The notes beneath the pieces were generated by a model. That model saw only the letters and a list, made by a program, of their open reading frames with translations, was not told the origin of the DNA and did not search any database. A DNA stretch of 19,253 nucleotides, taken from Tubiluchus corallicola (taxonomy: Eukaryota; Animalia; Priapulida). Of the stretch, positions 10,127 through 19,253 are shown piece after piece. A program made the position numbers and the translations under genes. How positions within the stretch are numbered: position 1 is the first letter of the stretch; the number at the start of each line of letters is the position of its first letter. The stretch covers positions 1 through 19,253 of the forward strand of contig JAQGDQ010001961.1 of assembly GCA_030141605.1 (NCBI GenBank). The letters are read 5' to 3'.

Positions 10127-10827
10127 TTAGACTGGCAAAGGCCCCGCAAAAATGTTGCGTATAAATACACTTATAATCAATAATACGCGAACATCCTACA
10201 TGGTCCTCATTTAGCGCAGAGCCAGCAGCAGCTATTACTGAAGTAAAGTAATAGCAGAGCACAATGGAATGACGTCACAACAAGGGCAGTTTTCCAAGCG
10301 AGAGTTGCCGAAATGGAACCTCTAATCAACTCGTAGCCACTCCTCTTGGCATCCTAAAATGTAGCGCACACCATCGTGTAGTCCTGTTCCTCCTCTTTCT
10401 AAAGAGCCGTACATCTGAGAGTCCCACCAGGTGCCGCTAGAACGTTTTTTCTACAGGCTGTTTGACCAAAAAATATGGGAAAACGCCCTTTACAGGACGC
10501 TGTGGCCCTCCCGCAAATTCTAAATATGCCTACTACAACCACAGTTGAAACAGGTTATGCAACCATTTATATTAACTATCGGCACCACTTCTGTCCCGTC
10601 TCCATTGTCTAGAAATAAGAGGCATGATTTTTAGAACAAAACAGGCTAAAAATGGCCGTTTTTGGAGGTTTTTTTACCCCTCCCCGTTTCTTCCGGTAAA
10701 CCCGATTCGATAAATAAACCTCCAATGATAAAGGACTACATCGAGACCTTTCGTTAGATGCATAGATTGCCAAATATGGTGCCATCTTGGGAGATGTAAC
10801 CTCGAATATTATATATATATATCCAGA
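10127..10827 (-). mobile_element. Probable non-autonomous Helitron
   Basis: On the minus strand it begins A|TC followed by a (TA)n run and ends CTAA|T (CTRR). A short hairpin cgcaa-N5-ttgcg (10145-10159) sits just before the 3' end. No TSD. More GC-rich than the flanks. Confidence 0.6.
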
Positions 10828-10902
10828 TAGCACCGAGATTAATATGATCGATAACATGTTTAGAGTTTGACTCATACCAAGTATAAACTGATAAATGTAT
10901 AC

Positions 10903-11050
10903 CTTCAGGTAAACATCCCAGTAACTCAAGGTGTACAGAGATGTGCTCATGCCAAGTCACAGGGCGCAACTGTATGAATTTAGCAACGAATGAGTCTCTC
11001 ATCAACCAGTGAGTGGCCGGCCGGTCTGCATCTTTGTTACCAGAAAACCT
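10903..11050 (-). CDS. Exon C of mucin/hemolectin-like gene (C-terminal third of F5/8 type C domain 3)
   Basis: Acceptor tttttag|agg and donor gaag|gtatac; 148 bp, phase 0 to 1. Peptide RFSGNKDADRPATHWLMRDSFVAKFIQLRPVTWHEHISVHLELLGCLPE completes the discoidin motif (FxGN..RPxxW..ELLGC). Confidence 0.9.
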
Positions 11051-11706
11051 CTAAAAATTAATAAGTTCAGCGGTATAATCTTGAGAATTTTAATATTTTC
11101 TAAACATAAAATTGCTATGTTAATTGTTGGATATTTTGACGTTTCAAAAAGACGTTGACTCGAGAATCTCTAGTTCAATTCCAAGTTCAGCTATAATTTT
11201 TTCCACAATGACGTCCTTTAGCCATAATTTGATTCAAAAAAATTTAATGAATCACGAGGTTATTCCGTCAACGATAAGTTTACTCTTGGACACGAGAACT
11301 TACTTGGCTATTCAGGCACATAAATCTTGTGTATAGTAAAAAGTGTCTAAATTTTTTTGTACAATAAAAATGTTATCAAACATCTATTTACAGTAAACAC
11401 TGTTTATTAGAGTTATGGTTAATAGAATCAGTAGCTCAATTGACTCAAAAACATCTAGTATGGGCCACTTCTATTCAAATGTACATAAAAACTGTCGGTA
11501 ATTGAGTCAAATAACTCCACATAAATACTTTTACTTCACGTACTTAAAATTAGACACTTGTGTGTGCCCAAAGAGCTTTTACGGCTTTTCTGTCATCTTT
11601 ACCTCGATTTTGTGCTGTATAACATACGTAGAAACAGTCATGTTAAGTACAGCTTTGTTTGTAAGCAGGCACAGTATGTTTATCACATGCACTAATATGT
11701 TAGCTT

Positions 11707-12235
11707 AGCGGTTTTGCTTTGAATCTGTCACCCGCTTGTCCACTGCAGTTAACCTCGTTGTTTCTGGAAGCTAAACATTTAATCACTTGACCAGCGGTTT
11801 TGCTTTGAATCTGTCACCCGCTTGTCCACTGCAGTTAACCTCATTGTTTCTGGAAGCTAAACATTTAATCACTTGACCAGCGGTTTGCTTTGAATCTGTC
11901 ACCCGCTTGTCCACTGCAGTTAACCTCGTTGTTTCTGGAAGCTAAACATTTAATCACTTGACCAGCGGTTTGCTTTGAATCTGTCACCCGCTTGTCCACT
12001 GCAGTTAACCTCGTTGTTTCTGGAAGCTAAACATTTAATCACTTGACCAGCGGTTTGCTTTGAATCTGTCACCCGCTTGTCCACTGCAGTTAACCTCGTT
12101 GTTTCTGGAAGCTAAACATTTAATCACTTGACCAGCGGTTTGCTTTGAATCTGTCACCCGCTTGTCCACTGCAGTTAACCTCGTTGTTTCTGGAAGCTAA
12201 ACATTTAATCACTTGACCAGCGGTTTGCTTTTGAA
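11707..12235. repeat. 85-86-bp tandem array, six full copies plus a partial one
   Basis: Units start at 11707, 11793, 11879, 11964, 12049, 12134 and 12219 and are nearly identical. Confidence 0.97.
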
Positions 12236-12667
12236 GTTCCCGCTGCTTTTCACAGGGGAAACAAGGTCATCACCAACTTCAGCTCAAGCACTAGGTGACT
12301 AGGTGTTTTGAGTGAATATGTACAGTATACAGTAACAGATTTTCAATGTTTTTATCATTATGAGAATTTCATAAATCAATACAATTTCACATGATTTTTT
12401 TTCATTTTTAGTGATAATAATCAGATTTTTGTAATTTTAATTTTTCATTAATTCACTTATATAAATCACTCTCCTTAAATAATTGCACACAGGTATTTTT
12501 AACATTAATTCGTTTGTAAAATTTATTTAAAGCATTTGTAATGCATCCTAGCGTGCTGAGTCACGACTCATACTTGTATAGGAGGCTAAACCCTGTATAA
12601 CGTGTACACTTGTATAATACACTGAACCCTTCGGCTAATTGACTCAGTCAGTTAATTGGATCAAAAC

Positions 12668-13780
12668 ACTCCCGTCCCAAAGTGAGTCTATTAAGCAGCG
12701 CCCATCCTAAAGTGAGTCTATTAAGCAGTGCCTGCTGTACTCCCGTCCCAAAGTGAGTCTATTAAGCGGCGCCTGCCGTACTCCCGTCCCAAAGTGAGTC
12801 TATTAACCAGCGCCCATCCCAAAGTGAGTCTATTAAGCAGCCCTGCTTACTCCCATCCCAAAGTGAGTCTATTAAGCAGCCCTGCTTACTCCCATCCCAA
12901 AGGAGTCTTTAACAGTTACCCCATCCCAAAGTGAGTTATTAGCAGCACCTGCTCTACTCCCATCCCAAAGTGAGTCTATTAAGCAGCGCCTGCTGAACTC
13001 CCATTCCAAAGTGAGTCTATCAAGCAGCGCCTGCTTTACTCCCATCCCAAAGTGAGTCTATTAAGCAGCACCTGCTCTACTCCCATTCCAAAGTGAGTCT
13101 GTTAAGCAGCGCCTGCCGTACTCCCGTCCCAAAGTGAGTCTGTTAAGCAGCGCCTGCTGTACTCCCGTCCCAAAGTGAGTCTATTAAGCAGCGCCTGCTA
13201 TGCTCCCGTCCCAAAGTGAGTCTATTAAGCAGCGCCTGCTGTACTCCCGTCCCAAAGTGAGTCTGTTAAGCAGCACCTGCTGTACTCCCATCCCAAAGTG
13301 AGTGTATTGAGCAGCGCCTGCTGTACTCCCGTCCCAAAGTGAGTCTATTAAGCAGCGCCTGCTGTACTGCCATCCCAAAGTGAGTCTATTAAGCAGCGCC
13401 TGCCGTACTCCCGTCCCAAAGTGAGTCTGTTAAGCAGCGCCTGCCGTACTCCCGTCCCAAAGTGAGTCTATTAAGCAGCGCTTGCTCTACTCCCATCCCA
13501 AAGTGAGTCTATTAAGCAGCGCCTGCTGTACTCCCATCCCAAAGTGAGTCCATTAAGCAGCACCTGCTCTACTCCCATCCCAAAGTGAGTATATTAAGCA
13601 GCGCCTGCCGTACTCCTGTCCCAAAGTGAGTATATTAAGCAGCACCTGCTGAACTAACTCCCATCCCAAAGTGAGTCTATTAAGCAGCGCTTGCTCTACT
13701 CCCATCCCAAAGTGAGTCTATTAAGCAGCGCCTGCTGTACTCCCGTCCCAAAGTGAGTCTATTGAGCAGCGCCTGCTGTA
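12668..13780. repeat. ~41-bp minisatellite, about 28 copies
   Basis: Consensus actccc(g/a)tcccaaagtgagtctattaagcagcgcctgctgt, with several ~30-bp deleted units near the left end. Confidence 0.97.
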
Positions 13781-13806
13781 GTAAAAAACAATCAATCACA
13801 CATTAC

Positions 13807-13981
13807 CTTTGGTAGACCACCCTCTGTGTACCAGGTTAAATTGTCGGCTCGATTGCCATACAGAATATAATATTCTGTTATCCATTCACCAAGAGAGAGA
13901 GGTCTCTCAGGAATAAAATTCAATCCTCGTGTCGTAATGGCGGTAACTTCCGTCAGATACGGCAACTCGATCATCAAATAT
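13807..13981 (-). CDS. Exon B of mucin/hemolectin-like gene (middle of F5/8 type C domain 3)
   Basis: Acceptor gatttttag|a and donor aag|gtaatg; 175 bp, phase 2 to 0. Joins exon A to give DDEQQYLMIELPYLTEVTAITTRG...WITEYYILYG...PK. Confidence 0.92.
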
Positions 13982-14216
13982 CTAAAAATCAATGCAAAAA
14001 TTAAAAACAGTAAATGGAGTGAAATGGGTAAGTAAAATGTTAGGTAATGATGGCAGTTCTATAAAGCAAACTTTGATAACCAAACATAAATTTACTGTTT
14101 TCACATTTCCAGCGATTGATACTAATCGTGAAAAGGTCAAAGTTCAAGTGTACCAGATAATGCATTTATATTCACTTCACAACGCCTCATACTACTGTAA
14201 TACTAACAGTTTTAAA

Positions 14217-14710
14217 GCTAGCTAAAACTTGACCTAGTTTATTTTTTCTTGTTCGCAAGCAAGATCCTGCTAGTAAATCACTCTACACACAGATTAATGC
14301 ATAATTAAGTAAAGTCCATGTAAAACAACTGAAATTATAGAACTCATGTGGCAGACTGCTTTGTTTTACCTAACCACAGTAACCAATTGCTAGCTAGAAC
14401 TTGACCTAGTTTATTTTTTCTTGTTCCCAAGCAAGATCCTGCTAGTAAATCACTCTATGCACAGAGGATAATTAAGTAAAGTCCATGTACAACAACTCAA
14501 ATTACAGAACTGATGTGGCAGACTACTTTGTTTTACCTAACCACAGTAACCAACTGCTAGCTAAAACTTGACCTAGTTATTTTTTCTTGTTCCCAAGCAA
14601 GATCCTGCTAGTAAATCACTCTACACACAGATTAATGCATAATTAAGTAAAGTCCATGTAAAACAACTGAAATTACAGAACTGATGTGGCACACTGCTTT
14701 GTTTTACCTA
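14217..14710. repeat. ~170-bp tandem repeat, about three copies
   Basis: gctagcta(a/g)aacttgacctagtt... starts at 14217, 14389 and 14556. Confidence 0.93.
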
Positions 14711-14810
14711 GCCCGCACATCACGCGACGGATCTAGTTAAGACGAGTACACCTAACCTTTGCGTAAAGCAAATGCGCGTGCGCACAACGAAACTGTGAAA
14801 AGGCTTATTA

Positions 14811-15404
14811 CAGTAGCATAACTAAAGCTCCGAGACTGCACTTGGGTTTGCTACACCCCCCCCCCCCCCAAACCTGCTTATAATGGTACTTCACAGTTAA
14901 CTCAAGATATGTTCTGTGCAGCAGTTTTGAAAATAAAGAAAAAACTTAATATTATAAAGATATTAAATCACTGATTATCATTTTCCTTTGTAGCAAACTT
15001 TCAACAGTAAGCGGCAAAGCAGTGTTTTCACGGAAAATTAAATTATGTCAGGCCTTTTGCATTTTGTTACGAAAAACACACGAAATGCGCAGAATAATGT
15101 TTAAGGGTTTGATAAAATAATGTCAAGAACGTCACAAACCAGCATCTGCAAACGATTTCCAAAACAAATGAAAACGTAAACGCTACATTGTCTAGAACAA
15201 TGCCCGCGCAAATTCTGACACGCGCCTAGAACAATTATCGTCACGCAAACTACACAACGATATTTGCCTACTGTACAAATGTTATATATATAAGTTTTGT
15301 TAAACATTTCCACTGTTTAGACACGGGCAACTTTGTCGGTGTACTTGATCACAGCACTCCCCGGAGCAGACCACCTTCCCCCCCCCCCCTTAGCTATGCC
15401 ACTC
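14811..15404. mobile_element. Degenerate hAT-like MITE
   Basis: Ends cagtagcataactaa / ttagctatgccactc form an imperfect 15-bp inverted repeat, with poly-C tracts near both ends. Shares gtgtacttga(c/t)cac and gctatgccact with the 5980-7322 element. No TSD recognised. Confidence 0.55.
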
Positions 15405-15626
15405 AGTAGATATCTCTACTTTAAATAAGAAACACAAATTTCACATTTTTCAATGCATACAATTTGGCACTCCGTAAACTAAATCCGACACATATATAAT
15501 GTAATGTAAGTTGTTGTAGCAGGACCAGAACTTATTTAACTATTTTAGATAGTCTTCTAACTTGAAAATGTTGTAGCCACATTCAGAATAGCATGTCTTC
15601 CCTCAACGAGCCAATGAATGGCAGAT

Positions 15627-15728
15627 GACACCACCCAGAAGCAATTTACTGTGGGTCATCCATCCTTCTGTCAAGCAAGCTCAGCACTGCTTAACTTCAG
15701 TCAGTAAGCTATATGTAACCTCGTAGCC
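15627..15728 (-). pseudogene. Degenerate 5S rRNA-derived sequence (5S pseudogene or SINE3-like head)
   Basis: Minus strand gaagttaagcag-N21-ggatggatgacc...gggtggtgt matches eukaryotic 5S box A and box C at the expected spacing. The 5' half is largely missing. Confidence 0.6.
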
Positions 15729-15767
15729 ACTTAGCTATATCACTTCCACACATTTAATAAAACTTAC

Positions 15768-18399
15768 TGTTGTTCGTCATCTGATCCTGCAGTCCATTCT
15801 ATTGTACCGGCTTCATCAACGTAGATTTCGCCTAGAGTCGAGGTTGCCGTGACAACTGTTTCCAAGGTAACAAGTGGATCCACACAAACGGTTTGATTCG
15901 AGGGCGGAGTGGGCGTCAAGCATCCGGGCAAAGTGTAGCACTCCAGCGAGTTCTCCGTACAGCTGCACTCCTGACAGACTCCCACTTGATAAACACCTGC
16001 AGGCATTTCATTACCATCTGGACCAAAACAGGTGCAGTCCGCCGGCTGGACGCAACGCGTCTCATCAACCCACAGCATGGGAGGGGCACACGATTCCGGA
16101 CGACATCCGGGGACGCATCCGTCGCCAAGTCCTAGTATACAGACTTCATCGGTGGCAAAGAAATAGTCACATCTTTCTCGGCAACTGTACAAGCATTCAT
16201 CGTAGACCTCTCCTTCTGGACAGATAGAGGTTGTTTCCTCTTCTGTTGTTGTTCTACAAGATGCTCTTTCATTACAATGTAGTTTATTGTTCCAGCACTG
16301 GCACTCCTCACACACTCCGTCAAACCAAGTTATCCCTGGAGCAAGAAGACTTCCATCCGGAGCCCTGCAGGTGCAGTCAGCTTCGTTCACGCACGTCTCC
16401 GCATCTCTCCACAACCTGGGAAACTGACATATGACATCCGGACGGCAACCCTCGACACAACTGTCACCTGTGCTAAATCTACACTCCTCATCTATGAAGG
16501 TATAATAATGGCACCGCTGATTGCAACTGTACGCACAGGTATCATAAATTTCGCCGGGGGGACATCGAGATGTAGTCGTGGGTTGCGTGGTGGTTGTGGT
16601 GGGTCGTGTTGTACGAGGCGTTGGCGGTTGCCCATAACAACCGAGAATCTCAAACCTCATGCCGATGCCTTCGTGCCAGTTGATTGGTCGAATTCTCACG
16701 CTGCGAACTCGGATCTCGCGAGTAAAAAAATTCTGGACAGTCGAGTCTTGATCATCATTGGCAGTGAATACACGAGGTTTGGAACCTGCCGACTCTCTGT
16801 AGAATTTGAAAGAGCCTTCCTGTGAGGTCCTGTAAAGAAGCTCATATTCCGTAACCCAGTAATTGAGTGCACCGTGACCCCGGGTCACTACGCCGGTGAT
16901 GTCAACTAACTGTCCGAAGTCGACTTGAATGTACTGGTCGGTATTATCAAAACCGGATGCCCAGCCAGTCCGGCTTTCCAAACGTCCGGATTCTGGCGGA
17001 TAGAATAAGTTACTACTTGATGCAGAAAACTGGTTATCGGCAATAATTTTGTGATCGGAAATGTTCATTGGCTTCGCGCAAATCTGTGCAGGACGGGCAA
17101 TCGTTGTGGTCACTACCGTTGTTGTTGGTTGAGTTTCGCAACTACAGTACACCCGCACTTCAAAATCTGGGCAGTCACTGATTGCTTGGTCTTCATGTAA
17201 GCACAGTAAACCATCGTACGGACTACATTTCATGTTATACATGCCTGTGACCAAAAAATTTATATCCGTCCCAGCCATGCGACATTCGATATCGGTCAAT
17301 TCATTCTTACAGAATTTTTTCAGATCAAATATGTCTTCTCGATCGCCTTCATTGCCAACAGGAGAATAAGTGTTGATCCAACCGGACCAGCCACAGTCTC
17401 TTAAAGGTGGCACCACTGTGCGCCATGTTGTTGACTGTGTTGTGGTTGTGACGCCGGGCGACACTGTTGACTCGCACATGCAAAAGAATCGAACTTGGTA
17501 ATTGTCGCATTCGTTATCGTCTTGTTCGTTATTTAAACAGGATAGACCGGTGTTCACGTCGCACACGACATTCTCCTGTGTCAGCTCACTCGGTAGCAAA
17601 GGGTTCAAACTATTGTCTGTTGATCTGCACTCAATCCTCAATGGCCTCTCACAGAACGAATACTGACGTCTCAATTCTGGGAGTAACTCATTATCGCCTA
17701 CGCCATCATACAGGTATCTCTCATACATTTGATCATTCCACGGCTTGTCGATGTCCATCCATTCCGTCCAGCCGTGAGAACAGCTAGGAGCATGAGTGGG
17801 TGGTATCGGTGTAGGTTTCGGCTTGTTCTTGTTGCAGCCCAACAATTCAAATCTCATCGCGATGCCGCCATGCCAGTCGCGAGGAATAATGCGCATGTAC
17901 TGCGTCGTTATGGAAATGTGATGATCGAATCTTGACTCGACAGGAGTGTTTTGATCATAATTGCCCTCAAATATGTGAATGTTGCCGTCTAATTTATACA
18001 CATAATGGAAATTCACACCATCTAGGCTGTGCTGCATTACAAATTCTGTCACCCATTTTTTCTCAAGAGGACTACCTTGTATTACTACGCCAGCGATTAT
18101 ATAAGGCTCCTCTAATGAAACTTGTATGTACTCTTTGCCTTGGTCATCTGCGGGTGACCAAGCTCCAGCCGGATTATTCAAGCGTCCAGCTTGTGGTGTT
18201 TCGTATTCATTTCTAGAACTGCTGGCTGCTAACTGGTCGTCGCGAATGTGTTCTAGAGATATACCGATTGGTTTGTCGCAATTTGACGTCTCACAGCGAC
18301 AATAGAATCTGACCTCGTAGTCGCTACATTGTCCGTCTAGCTGCTCATTGTTTTGGCACAACAAACCGTCTCTTTTGTTGCAAATGACATTAACATCAC
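15768..18399 (-). CDS. Exon A (2632 bp) of a large secreted mucin/hemolectin-like protein: CysD(half)-FA58C-CysD-CysD-FA58C-TIL/E-TIL/E-FA58C(start), with Thr/Pro linkers
   Basis: Lies within the 898-codon open frame. Motifs: GWTEW and GWSGW CysD repeats (GLxC..Q..C.DYEVR.YC); two full discoidin domains (ASS..GRL..W..YIQV..W..IxMRFE.LGC); two CPxGE.Y..C.YSC TIL modules, each followed by C..C.C...L.C. Acceptor cctaac...tatag|gt, donor ca|gtaagt. Confidence 0.93.
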
Positions 18400-18465
18400 C
18401 TATAGTAGCAACGTTAGGATTTATCATAAAGTATGTACATGCAAAATATATTCTTAACACTAGAA

Positions 18466-18959
18466 CAGTGGTTCTTAACCTGGGTTCGATCGAACCCTAT
18501 GGGTTCGGTGAGTCGATCTCAGGGGTTCGGCAGAGACCCTTATTGCTAAGAAAGCCCTGGATTTTTTTGTTACCATTTGTTACAACATATCTTTGTGAGC
18601 AATCCTTTTCGAGGATGCTGGACATAAAAACGAAGAAAAGGAACAGACTTTGCTGTGAAAATGACATGAGAGTGGCACTTGCCAAGGTGAAGCCACGCAT
18701 ATCTGAACTGGTCTCTCAAAGGCAACAGCAAAAGTCACACTGCAGGTATGTAATTTGTTGTGAGTTTATGCATTGTGTTGCTTTTGTTCTTTGAACAAGG
18801 TGATGTTCATGCACGGCTTATTTTGTGTACCAGTAAAAAACATATCTATGTCTTGAATTTGAAAAAAATCACATTTTATTTTTCACTAAAGAGGGGTAAG
18901 GTGAATGCGCATATGAAACTGGTGGGGTTCGGTACCTCCAACAAGGTTAAGAACCACTG
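18466..18959 (+). mobile_element. Internally deleted hAT Buster/Charlie transposon retaining the transposase C-terminus
   Basis: 16-bp TIR cagtggttcttaacct; perfect TSD cactagaa (18458-18465, 18960-18967). Peptide LLPFVTTYLCEQSFSRMLDIKTKKRNRL...QKSH is the Buster-type dimerisation/C-terminal region. Confidence 0.96.
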
Positions 18960-19058
18960 CACTAGAAGAACCGGGCATGGCTTCAACAGACACCAATACA
19001 TGGTTGTACACTAGAAAGACCGGGCATGGCTTCAACAGACACCAATACATGGTTGTAC
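18960..19058. repeat. 49-bp tandem duplication starting at the hAT target site
   Basis: cactagaa...ccgggcatggcttcaacagacaccaatacatggttgta occurs at 18960 and 19009. Confidence 0.93.
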
Positions 19059-19253
19059 GTTGCAAATCAACACAATGTACTGACATAACATCATAATAAA
19101 TGTAAATGTAAAACTAAGTCAGCAGCGAACTCATTTTTACATCTTATTACGACCTATGAGCTGAAAATTTGTTGTCTGAACTTTTTTGACTGTCAGCTCT
19201 CTCAGTCAGGCCACCAGACAACTTGATTCAAAGCAGTTTCTTGATGCACTGCG

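Noticed and set aside
11315-11568. Possible foldback element (aagtgtctaa/ttagacactt and ggcaca/tgtgcc)
   Set aside because: Only short interrupted inverted matches and no TSD; insufficient to call.
11707-13780. CRISPR-like appearance of the regular arrays
   Set aside because: Units are head-to-tail with no unique spacers, there are no cas genes, and the context is a spliced eukaryotic gene.
15874-18216. Short plus-strand and alternative-frame ORFs overlapping exon A
   Set aside because: Shadow ORFs of a GC-richer coding exon with no recognisable motifs.
18400-18460. N-terminus MLRIYFACTYF... of the 898-aa ORF as a true start or signal peptide
   Set aside because: It precedes a branch point and acceptor and the exon begins mid-CysD domain, so this stretch is intronic read-through.
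19090-19112. aataaa followed by (tgtaaa)2 as a retroelement tail
   Set aside because: Too short, with no upstream LINE or SINE similarity visible.

Overview
AT-rich animal (probably invertebrate) genomic DNA, not prokaryotic. The window is an internal segment of a large secreted mucin/hemolectin-like gene on the minus strand. Four exons join in phase at GT-AG sites: 18399-15768, 13981-13807, 11050-10903 and 5029-4854. They encode WxxW/CysD, F5/8 type C (discoidin), Thr/Pro linker and TIL-E modules; the start and stop codons lie outside the window. The introns are packed with mobile DNA: a nearly intact CR1/L2-group LINE, a truncated second LINE with a compound microsatellite tail, two copies of a TA-flanked MITE, and an internally deleted Tc1 element nested in a hAT-like MITE, with its GRPR segment amplified five times. 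Also present are two Buster-type hAT elements with perfect 8-bp TSDs, a probable non-autonomous Helitron, a 5S-rRNA-derived remnant and many tandem arrays (units of 5, 40, 41, 49, 63, 72, 85, ~165 and ~170 bp). I cannot demonstrate a wholly new biological system. The best leads are the domain and exon architecture of the mucin-like gene, the AT-hook-amplified Tc1 derivative, a possibly horizontally transferred hAT and a possibly intact LINE.
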